This document shows, in pieces, positions 47,042 to 57,258 of a stretch of DNA of 64,000 nt. The translations under genes were made by a program, and so were the position numbers. Each line of letters opens with the position of its first letter. Position 1 is the first letter of the stretch. Source of the stretch: an uncultured Solirubrobacterales bacterium (GTDB lineage Bacteria > Actinomycetota > Thermoleophilia > Solirubrobacterales > 70-9); assembly GCA_963767475.1 (NCBI GenBank), contig CAVYEI010000002.1, positions 456,851 to 520,850 of the forward strand, given 5' to 3'. A model generated the notes under the pieces. That model was not told where the DNA came from and did not search any database. It saw only the letters and a program-made list of their open reading frames with translations.

Positions 47042-47440
47042 TCAGCCAGCCGAGTCCGGCAGCGGCTCGCCGGTCTCGAACTCATCAGCGAGCGTGAAGG
47101 CGGGCGAGTTGGCCGCGATCATGATCACCCGCTCGCCTGAGTTGTTCCGACTCCCGTGGCTCATGCCCGGCGGGATCGAGATCCCGTCGCCGGCCCGGAT
47201 CTTGAACATCTCGCCGTCCAGGAACAGGTCGAGCTCACCCGAGACGATGTAGAGAATCTCGGAGCCGGTTTTGTGGACCACAGGTGTCCGAATCGCACCG
47301 GGCTCGATCACCAGGTAGTCCATCGAGAGACTCCCGAGGTTCCCGAGGACGTGCATCCTCATGTCCGCGGTGAGACTGCTCCAGGACCCGTCGTCGAGAT
47401 TGGGAACCGTTGAGACATGCTGCCTCGGGTCGCTCGTCAT
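47042..47440 (-). CDS. Cupin domain protein
   Basis: Start at MTSDPRQ, in an ATGA overlap with the ThDP enzyme stop. Cupin motifs VHKTGSEILYIVSG and IPPGMSHGSRN. Confidence 0.75.
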   Translation of the reverse strand: MTSDPRQHVSTVPNLDDGSWSSLTADMRMHVLGNLGSLSMDYLVIEPGAIRTPVVHKTGSEILYIVSGELDLFLDGEMFKIRAGDGISIPPGMSHGSRNNSGERVIMIAANSPAFTLADEFETGEPLPDSAG

Positions 47441-49197
47441 CGCGCAGCCCCCTCGATGCCGAAGAAGGGCGAAGGCGCCGGAGCGGGGTCGATGATCGCG
47501 TCGATCACGATGGGCCGCGCCGCAGCCAGAGCCCACTCGAGAGCCTGATCGAGCTCAGCCCTTGTCGTCACTCGCCTCCCGTCGGCACCAAGTGATCGAG
47601 CCAGACCAACGAAGTCGGTCGGAGGCAGATCGACGGCGACCGGCCGGTGCCCCTCACGCTCGAACCAGGCGCGCTGGGTTCCGAGGGTGCCGTTGTTGAA
47701 GATCACCCAGGTAACGGCCGCCTGCTCAGCCACGGCCGCAGAGACCTCGAGACCGGACATCAGAAAGCCGCCATCGCCCGTGGTGGCGATGACACGCTCG
47801 TGCGGCATCTCCCTGCGCGCCAGCCAGGCGCCGAGCGCGCCAGCCACGGCGTGCCCCATCGCCCCGAGGCCCGCATTGAGGACGAATCGGTCATCACCGC
47901 GCGTTCGCAGGTAGCGCTCGACCCAGTACGCGTTCTGGCCGATGTCGGCGACCACGCTGGTCCGCCCGTCGAGATGCGCGTTGATGGCTTCACAGACCTC
48001 GACCGGGTGCAGCAGGGCGCCCGCCTCCAGTTCGGAGTCGGGGTGCTCGCGACGAAGACGCTCTGCGCGGGAGAGGCCATTGCCTACCTTGGACGCCCCG
48101 ACCATCGCCTCTGCGAGCCCGCGGACGAACGCACCAGCTTCCGCGTTCAACCCGAGGCTCGCCATGTAGTTGTTTGTCAGCTCCCGACGATCGATGTCGA
48201 CTCGGATCAGCCGGTCCGGCGGCATCGGGATCGACCAGCCCGAGGTGGACAGCCATGAGAAGGCGACCCCCAGCGCCAAGACCACGTCGGCCTCGGCGTG
48301 AAGGGCGTGGTTTGCGGCCGCGCGCCCGTAGATTCCAATCGGTCCGAGGACGAGCGGGTGACGCTCATCCAGGTAACGCTTCGCCGCGAACGTCCCAGCG
48401 ATCGGAACGTCCAACCGCTCCGCGAGCTCGATCAGCTGAGCCGCGGTCGCCGGCGAGCCGATGCCGCCGCCGGCGAGGATCAAGGGACGCTCGGCTTGCG
48501 CCAGTCGCTTGACGACCGCGGCGACCTCATCCGACTTCGGCTCCGGGCCCGCGCTTACGGCGCGAAGAGAAAACTCGGGCAGATCTCCGACCATCGACGG
48601 CACCTCGGCCGTGAACAGATCCGAGGGAATGTCGATGTGGACCGGGCCGGGCCGGCCAGCCTGGGCGAGCCGGATCGCCGACTCGAAGCAGCGTCGCAGC
48701 TCGTGGACCTTCTTCGGCTGGTAGGTCTGCTTCGTTGTCGCCTGGAACATCAGCGGGATGTTGGGTGTCCGACCACGGCCAGTGCCCTCCTGGATCCCGT
48801 AGCGCCCGAACTCGCCGGTCTCAGCCTGAGCCGTGATCAGGAGCATCGGAACACTGTCCATCCACGCTGCAGCCGCTCCTCCGAGAAGGTTGATCGCCCC
48901 CGGCCCAGAGGTGGACATGGCGACACCAATGTCGCCGGTGATGCGCGCGTGGGTGTCTGCCATGTACGCCGCACCCTGCTCGTGACGAGCCAGGGTGATA
49001 CCGATGTTGACCTCGTCCAGCGCGTGCCAGAGGGGGAGGATGCGCTGTCCGGATATGCCGAACGTGTGTTTAATCCCAGCCGCAGCGAGGAGTGCCGCGA
49101 CCAGCTCGGCACCGGTCCACGCCCGCTGACCCAACTCACCTTTGTCGCCTCCGTTGCGCGGCTGCTGGCCGTCGCTACGGGTCTCGTCGTGACTCAT
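47437..49197 (-). CDS. Thiamine-diphosphate-dependent enzyme (acetolactate synthase large-subunit-like)
   Basis: ThDP motif GDGGFLMSGLEVSAAVAEQAAVTWVIFNNG. N-terminal Pyr domain GIKHTFGISGQRILPLW. Start chosen at MSHDE. Confidence 0.8.
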   Translation of the reverse strand: MSHDETRSDGQQPRNGGDKGELGQRAWTGAELVAALLAAAGIKHTFGISGQRILPLWHALDEVNIGITLARHEQGAAYMADTHARITGDIGVAMSTSGPGAINLLGGAAAAWMDSVPMLLITAQAETGEFGRYGIQEGTGRGRTPNIPLMFQATTKQTYQPKKVHELRRCFESAIRLAQAGRPGPVHIDIPSDLFTAEVPSMVGDLPEFSLRAVSAGPEPKSDEVAAVVKRLAQAERPLILAGGGIGSPATAAQLIELAERLDVPIAGTFAAKRYLDERHPLVLGPIGIYGRAAANHALHAEADVVLALGVAFSWLSTSGWSIPMPPDRLIRVDIDRRELTNNYMASLGLNAEAGAFVRGLAEAMVGASKVGNGLSRAERLRREHPDSELEAGALLHPVEVCEAINAHLDGRTSVVADIGQNAYWVERYLRTRGDDRFVLNAGLGAMGHAVAGALGAWLARREMPHERVIATTGDGGFLMSGLEVSAAVAEQAAVTWVIFNNGTLGTQRAWFEREGHRPVAVDLPPTDFVGLARSLGADGRRVTTRAELDQALEWALAAARPIVIDAIIDPAPAPSPFFGIEGAAR

Positions 49198-49330
49198 CTC
49201 TTGGGACTCACCTTCTTTTGTGGGCGGGGTCGGGGTGACCACCGCCTGGACTGGCCTCGGCGTCGCCGAAGCCAAGCGCTGCGCCGCGGAGTCGAACCGC
49301 GGCGCAGCGACCAACCGTCAGGCGTGCGGA

Positions 49331-50242
49331 CTAGCCGCGGGCGCGAAAGAACCTGCCGAGCGCCGCGCTCAGCGATTTCAGGACCCGTGCGCCTGCCCGG
49401 GCGTAGTACTTCACCTCAACCCAGTAGTTGTGGCCCCAATGGAACGCCGCCAGGGCGCGACTCATGATCGAAGATCGCAACCACGCGGGGCATCCGGGCA
49501 TGTCTCGGAGTGAGGCCCGAATGCGTGCCCGTATGGCCATTCGATCGCGGGTAGACATCGTCACCATTTGGGTGTGGAGACCAACGACCGTGCCTTGGCG
49601 CCGGTAGTTGTAGACGGGCTCCGTGGTTTGAACGAGCGGTCCGCGTAGAGCGAGAGCGATCGTCAACGGCCAGTCCTCGGCGTGGCTGACGTCCGCGAAC
49701 CCGCCCGCGGCACGCACCTCATCGGTTCGCAGAAGGGCGCCATGCAACGGATACGCGAGCCGGGTCGAAAAGAAGAGCGCCACCAGCGATGGCTTCCCTG
49801 TCAACGCTCGGTGCAGCCTTCGCATCCATGGATGTGGCCAAGGATCAAGGCGTTCGTCGCCCGAATCACTGTTCCAAAGCACCTGAGCGCCTTGGAGAGC
49901 CACCGCGTTCGGGTGTCGGTCGCGCAGCTCGCACAGGTAGCGCAGGGCTCCCGGAAGCAGCGCGTCGTCGCAATCGAGAAAGACGACCCAGGGCGTTGCG
50001 ACGTGTTCGAGTCCAAAGTTGCGGCTGGAACCGAAGCTGGCGCGGCGGGTTATGCGCATCACCTCTACTCCCTGCCCCTGCCGAACCGGGACCTTGGACT
50101 CGTTGTCGATGACGAGGATCCGCACCCGAACATCTTGCGACCTCACAGAGTCGATGCAGTTAGTGAGCCACTCCTCTGGCAGATCCCAGTAGGGGATGAC
50201 GACCGTGATGTCGGGGTCGTCCGGAATGTTCAATTCGTTCAC
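49331..50242 (-). CDS. Glycosyltransferase family 2 protein (copy A)
   Basis: GTG start after SD GGAGGAAAC. ITVVIPYWDLPEEWL and FLDCDD (DxD). Paralog of 51607..52551. Confidence 0.75.
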   Translation of the reverse strand: MNELNIPDDPDITVVIPYWDLPEEWLTNCIDSVRSQDVRVRILVIDNESKVPVRQGQGVEVMRITRRASFGSSRNFGLEHVATPWVVFLDCDDALLPGALRYLCELRDRHPNAVALQGAQVLWNSDSGDERLDPWPHPWMRRLHRALTGKPSLVALFFSTRLAYPLHGALLRTDEVRAAGGFADVSHAEDWPLTIALALRGPLVQTTEPVYNYRRQGTVVGLHTQMVTMSTRDRMAIRARIRASLRDMPGCPAWLRSSIMSRALAAFHWGHNYWVEVKYYARAGARVLKSLSAALGRFFRARG

Positions 50243-50361
50243 CGTTTCCTCCAATAGAACGGCCGATCCGCGCGGCCGTAGCAAGCGTGGCCACGCGGGA
50301 GCACCGGTTGGCGTCAGCCCGAACCGCTGGGCGCCAACCGGTGCGTCTGTCAGACGGTGCT

Positions 50362-51492
50362 CTAGACCGCGAGGGTCTCCAGGTACAGGCGCTCGTATCC
50401 GGATGCGAAGGCGTCGACCGTGTAACGGTCGGCGACACTGGCTCGGCACCTCTCGCGGTCAATCTGCGGGATCGCCGAAACCAGCTCCACAAGCTCGGGA
50501 GTGGTGAGAGCCAGGAACCCGTTGAGACCGTGCTGCACGATTTCGCCGACCGCGCCATCCGGGAATCCGAGCACTGGAGTGCCGCAGGCGAGGGCCTCAA
50601 CGATCCCAAGGCCGAACGGCTCGCACCACTTCGCCGGCCAGAGCAGGGCGGCGGCGCCCGCTAGCAGGTCGATCTTGGCCTGCCCGCCGACCTCACCCAC
50701 GTACGAGATGCGGTCGCCGTCGACATGCGGGGCTACGTATCCATCGAAGAACGCTTCCTGTCCACGGTGAACAGGGCCAGCGAGAATCAGGCGCATGCCC
50801 GAATGCTGAGCGATCTCAATGGCCCGGTGGGGGCCCTTCAGCTCCTGGACCCGTCCCATCCACAGCAGGTAGTCGCCGCGCTCGCGACGCAACGGCCAGG
50901 CGGACACGTCGATCGCGTGGTTGATCACCGTCGCCTCGACAGATGCCGGGGACCCGTCAACCTCGGCGTTGAAGAACCGGCACGTCCCGCCGGCGCAGTT
51001 CAACTGCCCCTGGCTGATGGCCGCCAGCTTGACCTCGTGGTGGTAATCGGCATAGAAGCGCCCGACCGGCGGGTTCAGCTGACCATGCATGGTGTGGACC
51101 ATTGGGACGCTGAGGCGGTCCGCCATACCCACCGCCATGAATCCACTGTGATCGTGAACCAGGTCGAAGGGCTCTGCGGCAGTCTCGATCGCCGTGAACG
51201 CTCGCGACACGTGATGCGCTTCGTATGGCGGACGCAACGGCGTTCCCGCATGGGCCTTATCGAGGACGGGACGCACCATCGCGAGCGAGGTCGAGCCCGG
51301 AGGGCAGAAGAGCTCGACGTTGTGGCCACGCCGCACGAGCTCGTCTGTGAGCATCGCGACGACCAGCTCGGTTCCGCCGTAGCCTTTTCGCGGCGGCACC
51401 TCAGCCCAAGGCCCGGCCAGCATCGCGATCCGCAGGCTGCGGTCGATCGCGGACCCGCGAGCCGACTTGAAGTTTGCGTTGTTTCGTTCCAT
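50362..51492 (-). CDS. Glycosyltransferase family 4 protein (copy A)
   Basis: YGGTELVV N-terminal motif. EX7E region CEPFGLGIVEALACGTPVLG. Confidence 0.8.
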   Translation of the reverse strand: MERNNANFKSARGSAIDRSLRIAMLAGPWAEVPPRKGYGGTELVVAMLTDELVRRGHNVELFCPPGSTSLAMVRPVLDKAHAGTPLRPPYEAHHVSRAFTAIETAAEPFDLVHDHSGFMAVGMADRLSVPMVHTMHGQLNPPVGRFYADYHHEVKLAAISQGQLNCAGGTCRFFNAEVDGSPASVEATVINHAIDVSAWPLRRERGDYLLWMGRVQELKGPHRAIEIAQHSGMRLILAGPVHRGQEAFFDGYVAPHVDGDRISYVGEVGGQAKIDLLAGAAALLWPAKWCEPFGLGIVEALACGTPVLGFPDGAVGEIVQHGLNGFLALTTPELVELVSAIPQIDRERCRASVADRYTVDAFASGYERLYLETLAV

Positions 51493-51606
51493 TTGAGTGT
51501 TCTCCGTTTCTCTTTCTTTCAGGACGCCGTCGCGCTCTAGAGCTCTCAATCTGAGACGCAACGGACGCGTGGGGGCCGCGCGCGAGGATGGCCCTCGCGG
51601 GGCCGC

Positions 51607-52551
51607 TCAGTTGCCGATCCCGAGCCTTCGCGAGGTCCGCTGGAGCACTTCGGTCACTCGGCAGCGGATGAGAACCTCGTGCAGGTGATGGAGCGCAGCC
51701 AGAGCCCACCGGGTCGGCCGGATCTTCAGCCACCCGCTCGTGGCTGGCTCATTGATGAGGTGCTGGAGGATGCGTGCACGCACGTCAGCTCGCGTTCGCG
51801 AAGGAAGGCGCCAGACCTCGCGTCCGCGCGCCCGCGTACCGTCATCGCGGCGAGGCGCGGTACTCAGGGTCGCCGTCTGGAGCTGGCGGCGATACGCGTA
51901 GGTCGGAACTCGCGTCTGGATCATTCGCCCCCGAAGGCTCATGGACACGAGTAGTGCCCAATCCTGTGCTTGCCGCCAGTCCGCGAATCCACCTGCCTCG
52001 CGGACAGCTTCCGTTCGTAGAAGCGCACCGTGCATCGGAAAGTTGCAGCGGATCGCGGCCAGGAAGGCCGAGGCGCGCCGCGAGCCCTGGAGGCGCTTGG
52101 CGATCCAGCGCATCCATAGGTAAGGCCACCGGTCCAGAACCTCCTTGGACTCATCCGAAAACCAGAGGTGTTGCCGCCCTTGCACCCCGTGCGCTTCCGG
52201 GTGTTCGTCGATCAGGCCGCGCAGGTACCGCAGGCTGCCCGGCAGCATCCGGTCATCAGCGTCGAGGAAGGCGACGAGCCCGGTCGTGACGTGCTCGAGG
52301 CCGATATTCCGCGCTACACCGACCGTGCCTTGCTCCGCGATCCGAACGACCTCAACGCCCTCGAGCTCGGGGATCGGCACCGACGAGCAGTTGTCCACTA
52401 CGAGGATCCGAGCCGGTTCTTCTTGCTCGCGTACCGAATCGACGGCGATTCGAAGCCACTCCTCCGGCAGGTCCCAGTACGGAATGACGACCGTGATCCG
52501 GGACGCATCGGGCTCCCCAGACTCAAGAGCAAACCGATCCGACAGTTCCAT
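51607..52551 (-). CDS. Glycosyltransferase family 2 protein (copy B)
   Basis: SD GAAGGAGA. ITVVIPYWDLPEEWL and FLDADD. Confidence 0.75.
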   Translation of the reverse strand: MELSDRFALESGEPDASRITVVIPYWDLPEEWLRIAVDSVREQEEPARILVVDNCSSVPIPELEGVEVVRIAEQGTVGVARNIGLEHVTTGLVAFLDADDRMLPGSLRYLRGLIDEHPEAHGVQGRQHLWFSDESKEVLDRWPYLWMRWIAKRLQGSRRASAFLAAIRCNFPMHGALLRTEAVREAGGFADWRQAQDWALLVSMSLRGRMIQTRVPTYAYRRQLQTATLSTAPRRDDGTRARGREVWRLPSRTRADVRARILQHLINEPATSGWLKIRPTRWALAALHHLHEVLIRCRVTEVLQRTSRRLGIGN

Positions 52552-52723
52552 TCCTATCTCCTTCGAGAGGCAACTCCAACCGCGCTTTGCAGCCGGAGAC
52601 CGCGCGGAGTTGACTCCGCGCGTCATGCCGATCGCCGTAAGGGCGTCGGTCAAATGCCAGCGGACCGGCGTCCCCACCAGTTGGACGTGTGGGGACGCCA
52701 GCGCTGACGTCCGGCAGGTGTTC

Positions 52724-53806
52724 CTATCGGCGAGCCACCTGTCGGTAGATCTCTTCGTAGCGGTCAGTCATCGCGCCGACACTGAAGCGCTCGGCGACGG
52801 CTCGGCACGCGTGCGGGTCGATCTCGCCGGCGCGCCGCGCAGCGTCCGCCATGCTCGGCACATCGTCGACGAGATAGCCGCTGACACCGGGAACGATGAT
52901 CTCGCGGGCGGCCCCTTCGTCGAAGGCGATGGCAGGTGTCCCCACGGACATGGCCTCGAGCATCACAAGGCCGAACGGCTCACACCAACGGATCGGCAGC
53001 ACCAGCGCTCGGGCCCGTGAGAACAGTCGCCATTTCTGCTCGCCGGCGATCTCGCCGACCCAGGAGATGCCGTCCGTTCCCAGGTGCGGGCGGACCATGC
53101 CCTCGAAATAGTCGCCGCCGTAGCTGGGGACCGGACCTGCGAGCACGAGCGGCAGGCCCGACAGCCGTGCAACTTCGATCGCGCGATGCGGACCCTTGTC
53201 TCGAGTCATCCGACCGACGAAGAGCAAATAGTCCTCCTTCTCCTCAGCCACAGGCCAAACGTCGAGACCGTTCCACACCACAGACGCGTCGAGCTCGAGG
53301 TTGGGCGGCTCCGCTCGACGACATCGCCCGGCCCCGCAGTCCAGCTGGCTCTGGCTGATGGCGACCAATCGCGCCTTGTGTCCGTGCTGTGCGTAGAACC
53401 CGGCGGGGTCGCCGTTGAGATGCCAGTGCATCGTGTGAACCATCGGCACGGCGAGGCGATCGGCCATCGCCAACGCGACGTAACCGCTGTGGTCGTGAAC
53501 CACGTCGAATGGCGGATCGGAAGCCTCGATCGCTGCGAACGCCCGCGCCACGTGATCAGCCTCATAAATCGAACGATTGCCACCATTCGGGTAGGCGTGG
53601 TGGAGGAGCGGCCGGACTACGGCCGACGACCTCGAGCCGGGTGGTGCGAAGAGCTCGACCGAGTGTCCGCGGCGTACAAGCTCGTCGGTCAATGGGAGGA
53701 TGACCGCCTGGATGCCACCCTGAGCGGACGGAACGGGACGGGTGTGAGGGGCGAGAAGGGCGATACGAAGTAGCTCACTCGGAGCGCGCCGAATGTCGTG
53801 ATTCAT
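52724..53806 (-). CDS. Glycosyltransferase family 4 protein (copy B)
   Basis: SD AGGAAGGA. CEPFGLVMLEAMSVGTPAIAF EX7E region. Paralog of 50362..51492. Confidence 0.8.
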   Translation of the reverse strand: MNHDIRRAPSELLRIALLAPHTRPVPSAQGGIQAVILPLTDELVRRGHSVELFAPPGSRSSAVVRPLLHHAYPNGGNRSIYEADHVARAFAAIEASDPPFDVVHDHSGYVALAMADRLAVPMVHTMHWHLNGDPAGFYAQHGHKARLVAISQSQLDCGAGRCRRAEPPNLELDASVVWNGLDVWPVAEEKEDYLLFVGRMTRDKGPHRAIEVARLSGLPLVLAGPVPSYGGDYFEGMVRPHLGTDGISWVGEIAGEQKWRLFSRARALVLPIRWCEPFGLVMLEAMSVGTPAIAFDEGAAREIIVPGVSGYLVDDVPSMADAARRAGEIDPHACRAVAERFSVGAMTDRYEEIYRQVARR

Positions 53807-53818
53807 GACTCATCCTTC

Positions 53819-55138
53819 CTAGGAGTTCAGGGTGCTAGCCCGGCCGATGCCTTCGTAGACCAAGCCGGCGGCGCGAACCTGGGCCGGGTCGAGGTAGTTG
53901 CGGCCGTCGATCAGGAGGGGGTTCGCCATTCGGCGACCCAGCCGACGCCAGTCGAGGTCGGCGAACTCCGGCCACTCTGTTACGAGAATCGCCGCATCCG
54001 CGCCGGCCAACGCGTCCTCCGCCGATCCAGCCAGCTCGACCGCGGGCAGCAGCCTCGCCGCTCGACGCGCCGCGACCGGGTCGTAGGCCACGACTCGCGC
54101 CCCCGCGCCTTGCAAGCGCGCGGACAGCACGAGACTTGCCGCGTCGCGCATGTCATCGGTGTTGGGCTTGAAGGCCAACCCGAGCAGAGCGACACGCCTT
54201 CCGACGAGTGAGCCGAGGTGCTTGACCAGCTTTTGCACGACCCGCCGCTTCTGCAGTTCGTTGACCTCGATCACGGCGGTCAGCAACTGGAAGTGGTAAC
54301 CGGTATTGCCTGCCAGCACCTTCAGCGCGCTGACGTCCTTCGCGAAGCAGGAGCCGCCATAGCCGATGCCCGCGCGGAGAAAGCTGGGAGCGATCCGGGT
54401 GTCGAGCCCCATTCCCCGCGCCACCTCGACGACGTCAGCACCGGTCTCGTCGCAGACGTTCGCGATCTCATTGATGAACGAGATCTTTGTCGCCAGAAAG
54501 GCATTTGAGGCCAGCTTGATCATCTCGGCCGAGGCGACGTCCGTTCGCACCACCTCCGCACCCGAGTAGTCATAGAGGCGCTGCACCGCATCCGCGGCGC
54601 CCTGATCGTCGCCCGCAACTCCGATCACGACCCGCGCGGGGTTGAAGAAGTCGTCGACCGCCGAGCCCTCTCTCAAGAACTCGGGGCATGAGACGTATCT
54701 CAGTCCGGGCTTGGCACGACGAAGAGCGTGCCCGGTGCCAACCGGGACCGTGCTCTTCATGATGAAGACGTGCTCGCCCCCGCAAGGCACACCTCCCAGC
54801 ACCGCTCTTACCCGCGAGAGATCGGCGTCCCCGGCGTGCGTCGACGGAGTGTCGACACAGCAAAAGATCTGCCGCGTCTGTCCGACGAGCAGGTCCATGG
54901 ACGTGGTGAAATGAAGGCGTTCGCGGTTCTTGACGACGAGCGCGGCGAGCCGCGGTTCGTGGATAGGCACCTCGCCTTCGGAGAGCGAGGCAACCTTGTC
55001 GTCGTCGACGTCCATGACGATCACCCGATGGCCAAGCTCAGCGAAGCCGGCCGCCGTCACGAGCCCGACCCAGCCGGCACCAACCACGCCGATTGTGGTG
55101 GGCCGCTGGACCGCCTCTGAAGATGCGTGTTCTGACAT
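53819..55138 (-). CDS. UDP-glucose/GDP-mannose 6-dehydrogenase family protein
   Basis: IGVVGAGWVGL Rossmann motif. Catalytic Cys in GIGYGGSCFAKDV. Confidence 0.85.
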   Translation of the reverse strand: MSEHASSEAVQRPTTIGVVGAGWVGLVTAAGFAELGHRVIVMDVDDDKVASLSEGEVPIHEPRLAALVVKNRERLHFTTSMDLLVGQTRQIFCCVDTPSTHAGDADLSRVRAVLGGVPCGGEHVFIMKSTVPVGTGHALRRAKPGLRYVSCPEFLREGSAVDDFFNPARVVIGVAGDDQGAADAVQRLYDYSGAEVVRTDVASAEMIKLASNAFLATKISFINEIANVCDETGADVVEVARGMGLDTRIAPSFLRAGIGYGGSCFAKDVSALKVLAGNTGYHFQLLTAVIEVNELQKRRVVQKLVKHLGSLVGRRVALLGLAFKPNTDDMRDAASLVLSARLQGAGARVVAYDPVAARRAARLLPAVELAGSAEDALAGADAAILVTEWPEFADLDWRRLGRRMANPLLIDGRNYLDPAQVRAAGLVYEGIGRASTLNS

Positions 55139-55209
55139 CACAGCTCCTATCTCGAGGGTGGATGGCGGCGGATCGGCCGCCGGTTTGAGGGATCTCTGAG
55201 CCCCTCGCA

Positions 55210-55242
55210 GGCGCCTCCACCCGAGACTCGAGTGGAGGCGCC
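55210..55242 (-). other. 11-bp GC-rich stem-loop after the aminotransferase gene
   Basis: GGCGCCTCCAC-N11-GTGGAGGCGCC. Confidence 0.55.
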
Positions 55243-55286
55243 GCCGTTTGGCTCAGCGAAACGGGATCTGTGGTTCAGTCACCGGG

Positions 55287-56408
55287 TCAGGGCTGTCCGT
55301 CAACCGCTGCACGCGCTCGTTGGATGGCACTGAGGACGAGTCGGAGGTCGTCCTGCAGAGGCACGCTGATGCGTGCCCATCCCGGAAATCCCAGCCCCGA
55401 CATCTCGCGAACGTGGATCCGTGAAACGTCCGCCATGCGTGCCACGACAGCCGCTCCCTGGGAGCCGAGATTCGCGAGGACGAAGTTGGCTTCCGACGGG
55501 AGGGCCTGGATTCCGAGCTGCTGCAGTTCCCAGACGAGCGACGCTCGCACCCTGCGATTCGCGCTCACGACCCAACTGATGTGCTCCTGATCGGCGAGTG
55601 CCTCCGGCGCTGCCGCCAACGCGATCCGGTTGACGTTGTAGGGCAGCGCGTTGCGCTCGGCCAGCATCGCGGCAATGACGGCCTCGTCACCGACGGCGTA
55701 GCCGACCCGAAGGCCCGCCAAGCCGTAGGCCTTCGAGAACGTTCGAAGAACCACCACGGACCCACCGTCGATGTGCTCCAGGCCACTCTGGAAGACGTCC
55801 GGGTCCGGGTCAGCGAACTCGGCATATGCCTCATCGAGAACCAACACGGTTCCGGTCTGCCGAGCGGCCGCAACCAGCGCCGTGACCTGATCGCGGTTGA
55901 GCGCAGCGCCGGTGGGGTTGTGAGGATTCGCCAACATCACCGGTGCCGGTCCCACCATGGCGTCGATGACCGCATCCACGTCGATTGCCGAGTCACGCAG
56001 CGGGACTATCCGAGCGGGCTGTCCGGCGATCTCCATCGACGCGGCATAGCCGGCGAAGGTGTTCGTCGTGGTCACGCCGAGCCCCGCCAGGCTGACCGTG
56101 GCCTGGGCGATCAGCAGGATCAGCTCGTCCGTGCCGTTGCCGAGAACGACGTTGTTCAGCGAGATCCCGTAGTGGTCCGCGATGGCGCTGCGCAACGGCT
56201 CGCCGTCAGAGTGGGGGTAGAGGTTGAGACGCGTCAGCTCAGCGGCGGCCGCGCGCTCCGCCCTCGAAGATGGCCCGTACGGGCTCTCCGACAAGGCGAG
56301 CCGCTTAACGCCCAGCGGGTCGTGAGCGTGGGGCTGCGCCTGGAAAGGCGTCAGCGTGGGGAACTGGCGCACAAGGGTCCTGTAGTCACGGCTTGGTTTG
56401 TCGGTCAT
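55287..56408 (-). CDS. Histidinol-phosphate aminotransferase-like (class II PLP aminotransferase)
   Basis: Start at MTDKPS. YPHSDGEPLRSAIADHYG. PLP-lysine box VLRTFSKAYGLAGLRVGY. Confidence 0.75.
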   Translation of the reverse strand: MTDKPSRDYRTLVRQFPTLTPFQAQPHAHDPLGVKRLALSESPYGPSSRAERAAAAELTRLNLYPHSDGEPLRSAIADHYGISLNNVVLGNGTDELILLIAQATVSLAGLGVTTTNTFAGYAASMEIAGQPARIVPLRDSAIDVDAVIDAMVGPAPVMLANPHNPTGAALNRDQVTALVAAARQTGTVLVLDEAYAEFADPDPDVFQSGLEHIDGGSVVVLRTFSKAYGLAGLRVGYAVGDEAVIAAMLAERNALPYNVNRIALAAAPEALADQEHISWVVSANRRVRASLVWELQQLGIQALPSEANFVLANLGSQGAAVVARMADVSRIHVREMSGLGFPGWARISVPLQDDLRLVLSAIQRARAAVDGQP

Positions 56409-56612
56409 TCCATTGACCTCTCTGTTTCGGCAACGCGCTTGCTCCGTTGCTTCGAGTGACCCTCCGGCGGAGTTGCCAGGGGCCAGCGCCGCATCCGGGG
56501 GTCGAACCCGTGATGCGGCTGGGAACCGGTCAGCGCCATCCTCCTGACGCCGCCTACTGCATCGTCTCCAATCTTGGGGTGACAAATGCCGATCGCCCTG
56601 CGGCGGTGCGCC

Positions 56613-57206
56613 TCAGCTCAGACCCTCTGGAAACCGCCTTGGAGCGAGCGCGCCGGAAACCACACGGGCAAACACCTCTTGGACGCGCAAGGGCTCATCC
56701 CCGAGCTGCTTACTGCACTCAGCCAAAAGAGCGTTGAGGTCCGGCATGGCGCCGTACTCGACGTACCAGCGGTCGAGCTCGTCGAGTGGCCTCCCGCTGA
56801 CGGCGCCCGAAACGATCGACGCTAGGAGCGTCCGCCGATCCGCGCCGCGAGATGCGGTCTCGCGGATGCGCCAGAGCGCGATCGCGGTCAGGATCGGGGT
56901 GCCCAGCGCAAACATGCACAGGATCAGGAGGACCTTGCCCGCGATAGAGCCGCTCGCGAGACCGCCGAGAAATCGCATGCTTTCCTCGGGACCGAACTCC
57001 ACCAACAGCCTCACGATCGCGGCTGCTAGTACGAGTTGGCAGACACACACGCCGATGTAGCTCCGCAGCCATGCTGGGATGCGCTCTGCTTCCGGCGTGA
57101 CCACCACCTCGATGAGCCAGCCAAGCGTCACGACAATCATGAGGATCGCGAGCATGAACGCTGCAATCATCGGGAAGTGCTCCCAGTGACCAGTCACGGT
57201 CATCAT
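56613..57206 (-). CDS. Hypothetical integral membrane protein
   Basis: SD GAAGGAG. Four predicted TM helices followed by a soluble ~70-aa tail. Confidence 0.5.
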   Translation of the reverse strand: MMTVTGHWEHFPMIAAFMLAILMIVVTLGWLIEVVVTPEAERIPAWLRSYIGVCVCQLVLAAAIVRLLVEFGPEESMRFLGGLASGSIAGKVLLILCMFALGTPILTAIALWRIRETASRGADRRTLLASIVSGAVSGRPLDELDRWYVEYGAMPDLNALLAECSKQLGDEPLRVQEVFARVVSGALAPRRFPEGLS

Positions 57207-57258
57207 CTCCTTCTTGGGATGGATTTGGAGGCTTTCGGCCTCCTCGCGCCTGAACGGT

